A DNA stretch of 64,000 nt from NCBI GenBank assembly GCA_043228905.1, contig JBHGNT010000005.1:21886001-21950000 (forward strand), read 5' to 3'. A model generated the notes under the pieces. The model saw only the letters and a program-made list of their open reading frames with translations, did no database searches and was not told the DNA's origin. Made by a program: the position numbers and the translations under genes. Positions 12,500-23,500 of the stretch are shown here, in pieces (position 1 is the stretch's first letter; every line of letters starts with the position of its first letter). This DNA comes from Azolla caroliniana. Its lineage: Eukaryota; Plantae; Polypodiophyta.

Positions 12500-14880
12500 A
12501 TGGTACGTTGGCCTGATTCCTCGTTACTCTTGTGAGTTTTTTGTGTTAATTTGAAAGATGAAAGAAGGTGTAAGCTTTTTGAATTCCTTGATTCATTTTT
12601 GTATTCCTTATCATCCATCATCCATCCGAGAGTGAGAGAGAAAGAAGTTGCGAATTTCTTGATACATTGGTATATACGTTATTGTATATAAGCATTCTTT
12701 CTTGATAGTCTAAGATTTTGCATTAAGATAGAAAAAGCAGCCATGCTTTACTGGAGCTCTGAAAGAGACCGAGGGAGTTCCATAATTCATTAGAGTATGA
12801 AATAATTCTTCGTTAATCTTCTGATATTGGTGTTAAGATAGAGACAGAAAGCAGCAGAAATTGGTTGTAGTCTGAGAAGGGGGGGTGGGAGAGAGACATA
12901 AATGCTGCCAATACCTTGATTCAATACGTTATGTGCGCATTCTTGGTTGAACTTCTGAAATTTTGTGTTGATGTATGCCTAGAAATCAGCGTTTTATGCT
13001 ATCCGAGCTAGAAAGAATCATTTTTATTATTGTAAATCCAGAAGGCACCATTTTTCTGTTAATATAGATCTTGAAAAGACCTTTCTGGGGATTAATGTAC
13101 ACCTAGAAAGAATATTTTTGTATTAATATAGGGTACTGTTAATTTTAGAAACTAAACAAAAGATGTTATTGTTGCAGAGCCCCAAACTACCTCAACCAGC
13201 AGTATTCGGTGCAATGGTGCATGCAGGTGCACCATCAAGTTCCTCATCACAGAAGGGAGCCATTGTGGCTTCCACACCTCAAATTAGCAACAATGACAAT
13301 GTGGTCTACCATGATACCAAATCAGGACGCATCTCGCCTAACTCTGCCTCATCCAATGGACACCATCATATTGTTAACCATAATAACCAAACAAATAATG
13401 GTATTAATGGTAATGGTAATGGTAGTTTTAACAATTATGGTATGGTCAGTAGCTCTTCCATGCCTTTGAATGAGAAGGCGGAGGCATTTGCTCAAGCTCA
13501 CCGCTTCCGTGTTGATGCTGAAGCTAATGCTTACCGCGATGCTGAGTCAAGGAAAGTAGAGGCCCGTGCGCACAAAAACCTTGTAAGTTAAATATCCAGT
13601 TTTTTCGTTCTTTTGTACAAATTTTCACGCTGTGAGTGCACATAGGAACCTTGTAACTAACATAAAACAACCTCACATGTAGTTCTTCTCTAAGGTTTAG
13701 TGGGAATGCACAAGAAATATATATCTGAGACATAATGATGAGAATGCACATAAAAACATTTTAAATAATTGTTGTTCAGTTATTTAGTATGTTTCAGATT
13801 GTCTATTAGATAATTTTTCTTTTTCCCCCCTTAATGAGTTGTCTACATATCCATATTCATCAAGTTTTTTGGATAGTTCTCTATCCCAAGAAGAGACTTT
13901 TTATGCTAAATGCATTTGTAATATGTGCTTTAGATTGTTAGTTTGCTCTTTGAAATTGAAGATCCCGTTTGAATGTTTTTTTTATCAGGCAAAAGCAGAA
14001 AGGCAAAGACTTCATGATGAATCACGAGCTTTTGAAGCTAAACAAAGAGAAGAGCAGAGAGCTGAGCAAGTGCTCCGAATTGCTGCGGTTTGTATATCGA
14101 ATGCCATATGTACATGGGATGAAATTCCAGATTGCCTAACAAATCTTTAAAATTGGTCCAAATATATTGTTCCATACAACGTAGCAATATATGCTCTAGA
14201 TACATATAATAATATTCCATAAGATATAGTAATAAGTACATTTGAGAACCGTTCATTAAAAGCATAATAATCATATTTGAACTTTTTTTCAGGTGAAGGC
14301 CGAGAAAGTTATCGCAAAAGCCCGCGAGGAAGCCAACAGAATAAACTCTCGAGCTCATGAAGAGGCTGAGAAAGCTATTGCGGATGCATATACAAGAGCT
14401 GAATGTGTAGGTGTAATCATAATACAAGCATTAATGCCATAGTTTAATAATATACGATATGTAGTGGGGAAAAACTTTGGTACACCGCGAGTTTTTCTTT
14501 ACTCCCCTGAATTTCGTTGAGTTTTAATCATCTATGAAATGCCCTTGCTCAACCCCCCAAAAAGAGCAATGATGTGCTATTTGGAAAGGTTAACCGAGGG
14601 CGTTTGAAAAAATAACCACATCTGAAATGCATTTGGGGAAATAAAGAAAAACTCGGGTATTTCAGAGTTTCGGGCAATGATTTTTCAAATGAATTGATTC
14701 AGTATTGGCTAAAACACCGCATGGGTTTAGTGCAAGGCAGAGATCGAGGAGACCAAGAAGAAAGAGCTGGCAGAGATCACAGATCGTGTGCAACATATGA
14801 TTGCTGTGGGTGAGCTACCTGCCATTGAATACAAAGGGGTTGTCCAAAGAATGAAAGCAAGCTTTGTCTGCCATACGTAA
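12500..14880 (+). CDS. Divergent remorin-like coiled-coil protein, 5 coding exons (12500-12502, 13178-13582, 13989-14087, 14293-14406, 14731-14880), ~256 aa
   Basis: All four introns are GT-AG and phase 0, giving one continuous frame ending in TAA at 14878-14880. The N-terminus is disordered and N/S-rich. The coiled-coil C-terminus (AEANAYRDAESRKVEARAHK...RAECCKAEIEETKKKELAEITDRVQHMIAVGELP...FVCHT) aligns by eye with the Remorin_C pattern. Exon 1 (ATG only) is the least certain. Confidence 0.75.
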
Positions 14881-15772
14881 AACAACGGCGTTTCTCTCTC
14901 AAAAATTGATAGTAACTTGTCCCACAAAAATGCATGAAGGTAATGTATGTGAAGGAGAAATTTTGATGTTGGCAAAGAAAATTTCTTGTCCATTTCAGTA
15001 TGTTTGTAGACATAGAGCAAGCATGAAATGGATGTGAGAAATTAAACAATGGTCTACTAGACACATGGGAAACAGCCCTATGCTCTATGGACTCAAATTT
15101 CTTACTAAAGTTAGCGTTAAATTTTGGGAACAAGTGGAATGAAATGGACAAAATGCGAAAGAAAATTAACCTGTCTATCTTTTTACCAGAACTCATTATG
15201 CTATTGTTGGACATGAGTAAAATAGTAGCTCTCAAAAGAGTCTCGCAAATTTATGTGAGCCAAGTCTATTGTAACATGAAAAATATAAATATTGATTCAG
15301 TAAAACTAAATTTCTCACCTCCAAAACCAGTAGGCATGTTGGGAAGATGAAGAATGTTAGAACATTACATTTAGAAAGGTTACGAAATGATGTGTTTTTG
15401 TGCAATCGCGTTAAGATTTTTTAGATGAATTGGTGGACAACTGCCATGGAGAAATTTAAACCCTTACATCAACACATTGACACTCTAGTACTAGCAATTA
15501 GGGTTTATGTGGATCTTTAAGAAAGAATATTAGGCATCCTCAAGTCATCATACCCAAAAAACATTGCCCACCATTGCTTGTATGACAGGTAGATGAGAAT
15601 ATTAGATGAGAATATTATCTTGTTCTGACACATGATGCCACGACAATAAACCATGCATCATATACCCATCTTTCACAATTTCATTCCCCACCAATTTTGG
15701 AATAGGAACCCAAACAATAGGCAATACGTATAATGGTCACCAGATATATTCAATCATATGTAGGAGATGTAT

Positions 15773-15774
<2 letters not shown>

Positions 15775-15806
<32 letters not shown>
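15775..15806. repeat. (CT)n microsatellite
   Basis: CT dinucleotide run. Confidence 0.95.
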
Positions 15807-15808
<2 letters not shown>

Positions 15809-16149
15809 ACACAATACTAGGTAAAAATGCCAAAATGTATCTAATCTCATCTACTACCCCATGAGCTAATCTAATCTCACACAAGTTAGAGTTTAGGGTT
15901 TCAAGTTCAAACTTGCTCACACAACTTAGGTCTTGAGGTGGAAGGTATGTTATGAAACATTGTGGAGGATGAGTATCACTTATCGCATGCTCAACATATG
16001 AGGAATTTCGTGAGAAATATGATGACTTATTAGATGGGCATGATAACATAAGTGACATATTTTTTATTTTTTATTTTTCCAAAAATGTAATTGACATATT
16101 CAAATGTCAACCAAGAAGGGTGAGCACATTTGTGTGCATTATTTTCACA

Positions 16150-17315
16150 TAAGAGTAGTTTAAGAAAGCTTGCGACATTTTATTGCTGTTTTGTGGACTT
16201 TAAGAAAGTTTGTGACATTGTACCAAGGAGTGAGCTTTGGAAAATATTGATAGAGATTGGCATGCCATTAGATTGTAAACCCTTTGTAGCACGATTGTGT
16301 GAGAATGTTAGGTGCCAATTGAAAAGGGATTGTGGTTTCTCGAAGTACTTATTGAGCAATACAGGGGTCAAGCAAGGGGTGCCCACTCTTTTCTGCACTC
16401 TTTGGTCTATGCATCAATAAACGTGAAGAAATAGTGAACAAGGCTATAAAAGAAAAGATGGATTGGATTGTCCAAATTTCATGCATGAGCTTATTTTTAT
16501 ACTCTTGTATGTTGGTGATGTCGTTTTTTTATTATTTTCATATAATTTGGATGACATGCAACACCTACTTGATGTATTGGACACATTTTGCCAAATCAGT
16601 GGGCTAATTATTGTTACCATGGACACAACAAAAATGATGGCAATAAAGGTAACACAACCAAGATACTACCCCACTTTTAATACAAGGGAGAGCTAATACA
16701 ACTGGTGCAAAGCTTCAAATGTCTTAGCATTAACCTCCATCAACAAATAGGTGGAATATGTGCTATTACTCTAGATTGCAAGCGGGAAGATATAATTATT
16801 ATATGATTGAGCATCAATGCAACCAAAGTGATACTCAAGGATGGGAAGTAAGATTGATGCTATTCAATGCCATAGTGGTCCAAGTGTTGCTCTATGGAGT
16901 GGAGGTGTTGGGTGGGACTATCATAGTTAGTGCACGAAATGAAATAGAGAAAATTCAAAAAATGTTCTTATGTAGACAACTGGGGGTAAAATTCTCAACA
17001 TCCTATCCTATCATGCTATTAGAAATAGGTGCTCGGCCTATAGAGATATTAGCCATGTAAAGAGTATATAAGTCTGTCACAAAAAGTCAAGAATATGCAT
17101 GATCATAGATTGCCCAAACAAGCTTTAAACATAGGATGCAAGGTACAAAAACTAAGTAAGAGCAAAATCCTCTCATTTGGCTAGGTGCTTGACATTATGA
17201 AATGGTTGAAGGGATGGAGAAGAAAAGATCTATTGAAACTCTGAAGTGACGCTATGAAATATGTGATCATTAAGGATAGATAATTAGAGGCACTAAGGAT
17301 GAAGTGGTAGGATGC
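16150..17315 (+). mobile_element. Decayed RTE-like LINE, 5' part (continues at 44373-44590 after the Gypsy insertion)
   Basis: Broken RT motifs YCCFVDFKK...VPR..LW, NTGVKQG.P, LLYVGDVV, LFNAIVVQVLLYGVEV match the LINE at 59.7-63.2 kb. Many frameshifts. Confidence 0.85.
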
Positions 17316-17884
17316 TGTTAAGGATCTATGTATCGATGGAGTAAGCTCCTCGATGTCGTGCGGGATTCGGACCGGCGTATACCCTCTTGATGGCGAATCG
17401 GGCAAAGATGGTTGTCGGATACCTCTGAGCCTCACACTCACTCAACGATTAGTAAATGATTAAGCACGATATCTCTCTCACTCTCTCAAGCTCTCTCTCT
17501 CATAAACAATAGATCAATAGTATAGACAATAAGAAGTAAGAGTATGTCTATTATTAACCCTCTTTGCTAAGAGGTCTAGCACCAACAAGGGGAGAGATTA
17601 GTGTTCTCTAACTGAACACTTCACTAATCTCTCTTAAGCTCAAAGGTTTACAAGAAAGAGGAGAGGAAGCTCTAGCTCTAATCAATAGGAGATCTTTACA
17701 AATGGGAGAACCCCCACAAAGCCACTACTATGTGGTTTATATAGCTTTCACGTTTAAGGTATGGGCCTTTCACATTTGGCCGTCTCTTTGCTTTCCTTTC
17801 CTCTTGCCGTTTCCTCTTCGTATTACGTCCTTGTTGATGCGTTCTTATTCGTGACTGGTTGTGTTGTTATCCCAACACTTAACA
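17316..17884 (-). repeat. 3' LTR of Gypsy A
   Basis: Direct repeat of 43804-44372, adjacent to the PPT. Confidence 0.96.
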
Positions 17885-20569
17885 TCTCCCCCAACCTAAT
17901 GAGTGCACACTCCCGAGTGCACTGTGGGAGGGGAGCTTCGGGTGTCGGGGGCGAGTAGAATTGAGTAGGGGGGTTCGTCGGGGGGTGGGTGGTGGCGGAG
18001 ATGATGGCGAAGACGACGGATGTTCAGTGGTGGTAGCCGAATTTCCTGCAGTTGGTCGGTTGTTGTGAAGAAATCTTTCTTGGGGCCGGTGAGCCAGATG
18101 CAGGTGTTGTGGCCGGCGAAGGGAGAAGGGGGGTTTCGACTAAAGCTTATGTAAGCGGGGAAAAAACGTGTGTCAATCATGGTTTCAAAATCCCGTTTGT
18201 AGCTTGCGGGGAGGATGTTGACGCGGGTCCAGAGGCCGACCAGTTGGCGGCGAGTTGGACCTTTGTTCAAATCGAAGGCGAGGCCCCACGCTGGGTGGTT
18301 GTGCCGTTGGAAGGGGGGGGCTTCGTACGGGCCAGAGTCAAGGAGAATGAGTAGAAGTTGTAGAAAACGAAGGCTGGCTTGAATGTCGGGGTCCGGGACG
18401 TCGAGGTATGTACGTAGGAATCGTCGCATGACCCGGATCATGTCGGGTTCGGTTGGGGATGTGCGCGGGGGTCGGGGGAACAACGGCCAGTTGAATTGAA
18501 GGGTGGGTAGCCGTGCCTGGGCAGCGCGAAAATCAGGCCATGGCCAACGACGAGGAAGGGGAAAAAAGGTGGGGTTGGTGCGCAGCTCGGGGGGGTGGTG
18601 GGCGAGCCATTCGCGGAAGGATGTGTGTGCGAACCAAGGGAGACGCCATGGGGGTTGGGTGCCGGGAGGTTCGAGGAGGGGGTCGGCGACGGGGTGGTGC
18701 CACCCGCGAGTGGGGGTGGGGTGTGCAGCGGCCCAAGTAGACATGTTATCACGGTAAACATGGGGGTAAAGGAAGACGTCGACTTGGGGTTCAGGGGCGA
18801 CTTCGGGGTAATAGTTGTAGAGGCGGGTGAGGAGGAGGGGGGTCTCGCAGAAGTCGAACTCCCATGGAATGGGGGCGGTAGACTGATTGTCGAGACGAGT
18901 GTCCCAACTGGTGCCACTTTCGATGCAATCAAGGGCGGTTTGGAGGTCGTGGGTGAGTTGGTAGTGGTCGACCAAATCAGCGTAGAAGGCCGCAACGTTG
19001 AAGCGGGCGCTCGGGGTGTGGAGTAAGGGAGGTGTAGTGAAGATGGGGAGGGGTAGTTGTTGGTGGAGCATGAGGTGTGCGAGGGGATGGTTGAAGGGGA
19101 GAGCTTTGCGGAGGATGGCCTCCGTGAATGTCCGACCGGGGTGGGTGACGACCCGTGTGTGGAGGGGGAAAGTGTCGGGTGGTGGGGGGGAAAGGGGGTG
19201 AGCCGAGGGGGGTGTGCGAAATGGGTTTCACCGAACATGGGATGTGTGTGGTCGGGGACGTGGTGCTCACTGAGGTGAGGGTGTGGGGGCGAGTGGTGAG
19301 GAGGGAAGGGAGGTGGGGTAGTAGGTGGGGGAGGTGGTGGGGTTGGGGGGGGCTTGGAGGTGGGGAGGAGGGAGGGCGAGGGCGAGGAGGTGGCTGGGTG
19401 TCGGGTTCATCAGGTGAGTCGTGGTCCCCCTCCAGGTCAATCTCTGGGGGGGGAGAAGCGGGGTGCGGGGGTAGGAGGGCACGAGCACGAGCCTCATCGA
19501 ACGTCATGAGTTGATACTCGTGGGAAACGTCGAGGTATAGGGCTAATTCCGGTATGTCATCAGCCTCGAGGTCGGTGGGCCAGTTGAACGTGGCGTATTC
19601 GATGCTGAATATGTGAGTACGAACCCCGACGTCCCAGGCGGTTTGCTAAGCGCGTACTAGCCAGAGGAAACCGAAAGGGGGTACGGAGGTCGTTGTGTTT
19701 TCCAACAGGGTGCGGGTGAGGGTGTCGGCGATGTGGTGTAAGCGCACCAGTGTTGTGAAGAGGTGGGCCAACTGGTCTTCGGTGACTTGCATCGTGACAT
19801 CAGAATGGTAGGTGAAATAGATCAGGTCAACGATGTCCAAGTCGGGGGTGAGGGCGGTGTGAAGGTAGGCCATACCTTCGAGGAACAAAATGGGGAGGTG
19901 TTGGGGGAAGAGGTCGCCGGCTGGGGGAGCGGGTTCTTCGGTGGCTTCCTGGTATAACATGAAGAGGGCGAGAGCGTGGTTGTCTTCGGGGAGTACTCGG
20001 ATGAAGGTCTGCCGGTCTGGGGGTCTGGCGACTTCGACTTGGTGGATCATGGTGTCTCGTTCAGCCTTGAGGGTGGTGATCTCGCTCGTGAGTTGGTGAG
20101 TGATGGCCATGGTGGCGGCAAGGGCCTCAGACCGTTCAGAGAGATCAGCCGTCACGGCTGCGAGGCGGGCCTCGGTCAGTTGGTGTTGGGTGGTGAGGCG
20201 GAAGTACTCGGCCGAAAGTTCGACATGTGTTTGCGCAACACGTTCCTGGTCGTGGTGCCAAGTTGTCCGAGCTTGTTGGAATTCGTCAGCGAGTTGTTGG
20301 TGTCGGGTTTGTGTTGTCAAGAGTTCTTGCTTGAGGAGGTCGTGGGCAGCCGCTTGGCATGCATTGGTATGGAGGGGGCTCCGTACCTCAGCGACCAAGA
20401 TCTCGTTCCGTGTAGACGTCTCGTGTTGGTCGGTGGAAGTCTGTTGGGCCTGTGCCTGAACTTGAAGTAGGCGGCGGTTCACGACATCAGTCATCTTTAG
20501 GAGGTCGGCTACCATGTCGGTTAAGGGTTTGGGGGGGACGGCGAGGGAGGAGGTAGGGTGGGTAGTAAC

Positions 20570-23500
20570 TGTTAAGAAAACGTGAAGAAGGCACTCGAGC
20601 TCTTCTTATGTGCGCGGCGGATCGTAGTGTGCTGGATCGTTAGCGTGCTCTAAACAGACAGAGAAAGGAAAGGGGACTTACCTCTGTAGTAGCAAAATGG
20701 TTTTCTTCTATTACATGTAGAGCTCAACTTGCTCTCGTCAGTCTTCTGGTCTCTCACTCTCTCTCAGAGTTCTCTACTCACTGTATGTCTTCTTACTGCT
20801 TACTTCCTATTCACTCTCACTTACTTTTACCTAAGTCATAAGTTATTACACATGCAGCTAATTAGCTGCCAGTAGCTAATTAGCTGTCAGTCGCTAAATA
20901 GCTGTTCACTAGCTAATTAGCTGTCACTAGCTAAATAGCTGTTTTACCTTTTTGTTCACTAGTAGCTAAATAGCTACTATAGCTTATTTCTCATAAGCAT
21001 CGCATACCATGTTGAGCTTGCTTCTCAACACTCCCCCTCAAGCTCAACTTATCCTTTCTTGGGGTTCTCTTCAATCTTCTTTTCCATTTTGCTTTTTAGC
21101 CATCTCATCAATGTTTACAACTCCCATCATGTTCCGAAACTGTGTATGTTTTTCCACACTCAATCCCTTCGTAAGGATATCAGCAACCTGCTGATTTGTA
21201 TTCACATACACCAGATCAACTTCACCTTCCATCACTTTTTCTCTAACAAAGTGATAATGCACCTCAATGTGCTTTGTTCTTGCATGGAACACTGGGTTCT
21301 TTGCAAGCTGAATGCTGCTCATATTGTCACACCAGATTGTGACAGCACCATCTATATATACTCCCAGATCAGCAAGCAGTCTTCTGATCCATACTTCTTC
21401 ACATGTGGCTATTGCAGCCCCTCTATACTCAGCTTCTGTACTGGACAATGCAACAGTAGCCTGTTTCTTGCTACTCCATGAAATTCCTGCACTTCCCAAG
21501 GTAAACATGTATCCACTTGTGGATCTCCTGTCTGTTTGGCTTCCAGCCCAATCAGCATCTGTATATCCTTCCAGATTTATGTCTAGATCAGCCCTGTAAA
21601 ATAGTCCAAAGTTCTGAGTTGCTTTTACATACCTCAGAATCCTTCTGATGCAGTCCAAATGTGGCTTTGTTGGCTGTTGCATAAACTGGCTGACTAATCC
21701 AACAGCATAGCTCAAATCAGGTCTTGTTATAGTCAAATAAATAAGGCTGCCCACCATAGACCTGTACATGTTTACATCTTCTATCTTGGCTCCCAAATCA
21801 GCCCTAAACTTGCAGTTTTTATCAAGTGGTACTCCAATAGGTTTGCATCCAAGCATACCATACTTTTTCAACATAGTTGTTGCATATTGTCTTTGCAACA
21901 CACATATACCACTTTCAGATCTGATGATTTCAATACCAAGAAAATATCTCAGATCTCCCAAATCTTTCATATGAAACTGCATTTCCAGATTTTTTTTCAA
22001 CTTTCTTATTTCATCCACGGAATCTCCTCCAATAATCAAATCATCTACATAGATCAGAATAATAACAATGCAATCATTTTCACTTTTTACATACAAAGAA
22101 GGATCAGCTTTTGACATTTTGAAACCAAGATTTTTCAGAGAATCTGAAAGTTCTCTGTGCCATGCTCTTGGTGCCTGTTTCAGTCCATAGAGAGCTTTTT
22201 TCAGCTTACATACATAATCAGGATGTTTCTTATCTTCAAAACCTGGTGGTTGACTCGTATACACTTCTTCTTCCAAGTTACCATGTAAAAAAGCATTTTT
22301 TACATCCATGTGATGCAAAATCCATTTTCTGGCTGCTCCTACTGCAAGTAGTGTTCTCAGGGTTGCCATCTTTGCAACCGGTGCAAAAGTCTCATCATAA
22401 TCAATCCCTTGCATCTGAGCATATCCTTTTGCAACCAATCTTGCTTTATGTCTACTTACATTCCCATTGGAGTCATGCTTTGTCTTGTAGACCCATTTGC
22501 AGCCTACCACATTTTTCTCTTTTGGTAACTTCACTAAATCCCACGTTTTGTTCTCAGCCAATGCATCAATCTCTTCTTGCATTGCATCCATCCATTTCTT
22601 CTCAGATTTTGCTTCTTCAAAGCTGTTTGGGTCAGGGATCTGTACCACCTTAGACATATATGCATAGTGCATAGCCATATATGTATCATACCCAAATCTT
22701 TCCACAATCTTTTTCTCTCTATCTGATCTTCTCAGTTTCTGATTTGCATTCTTTATTGCCTTTTCCATACCAGGGATTTTCATTTCCTGTATTCCAAGGA
22801 AATCATCCAAAGACATATCTGAATCTTCATCTTCCATGTTTTTTGATAGGTCATCCGGGATTTCATACTCTGGCATTTTCTGTTTTCCTTTTTTGTCATC
22901 AGATTTTTTCTGTCCAGTTTTTCCACTCCATGAATTTGAATCAGATTTACCATCTGAGCTTTTTGATGGTCCAGAACATTCTGTTGATGTTGGACTTTGC
23001 TGTCCAACCTTGTCTCCATCTCTGTGACAGTCTTCTACATTTTCTGATCTGTCTTTGTCTTCATTTTGACAGTCTTCATCAGTCTCTAGATTCTGTTTTG
23101 GGCTGTACCAACTAGCCAACTCATCAAATATCACATCTCGACTTGTCACAATCTTTTTAGTCACAGGGTTATAACATCTGTACCCTTTTTGTTCTTCTGA
23201 ATATCCAACAAAAATACATTTTTCTGCTTTTGGATCCAACTTACTTCTTACTTCTGCAGGCACATGTACATATGCAAGGCATCCAAACACTTTCAAGTGT
23301 TGTAAGCTAGGCTTCTTGCCATAAAAACACTCTTCAGGAGTTGCCTCATGTACTCCTGATGTAATACATCTATTTAAAATGTAATTTGCTGTATTTACAG
23401 CTTCTGCCCAATAGTATAATGGCATGTTCTTCTCAGTCATCATTGCCCTTGCTATGTTCACCAAAGTTCTGTTTTTCCTCTCAGCAACTCCATTTTGCTG

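Noticed and set aside
11781-12621. Several ORFs rich in YIHT/MYVC or Phe/Leu/Ser
   Set aside because: Translations of microsatellite and purine-rich leader sequence.
18052-20470. Many Gly/Val-rich plus-strand ORFs
   Set aside because: Antisense to the C-rich accessory ORF of Gypsy A.
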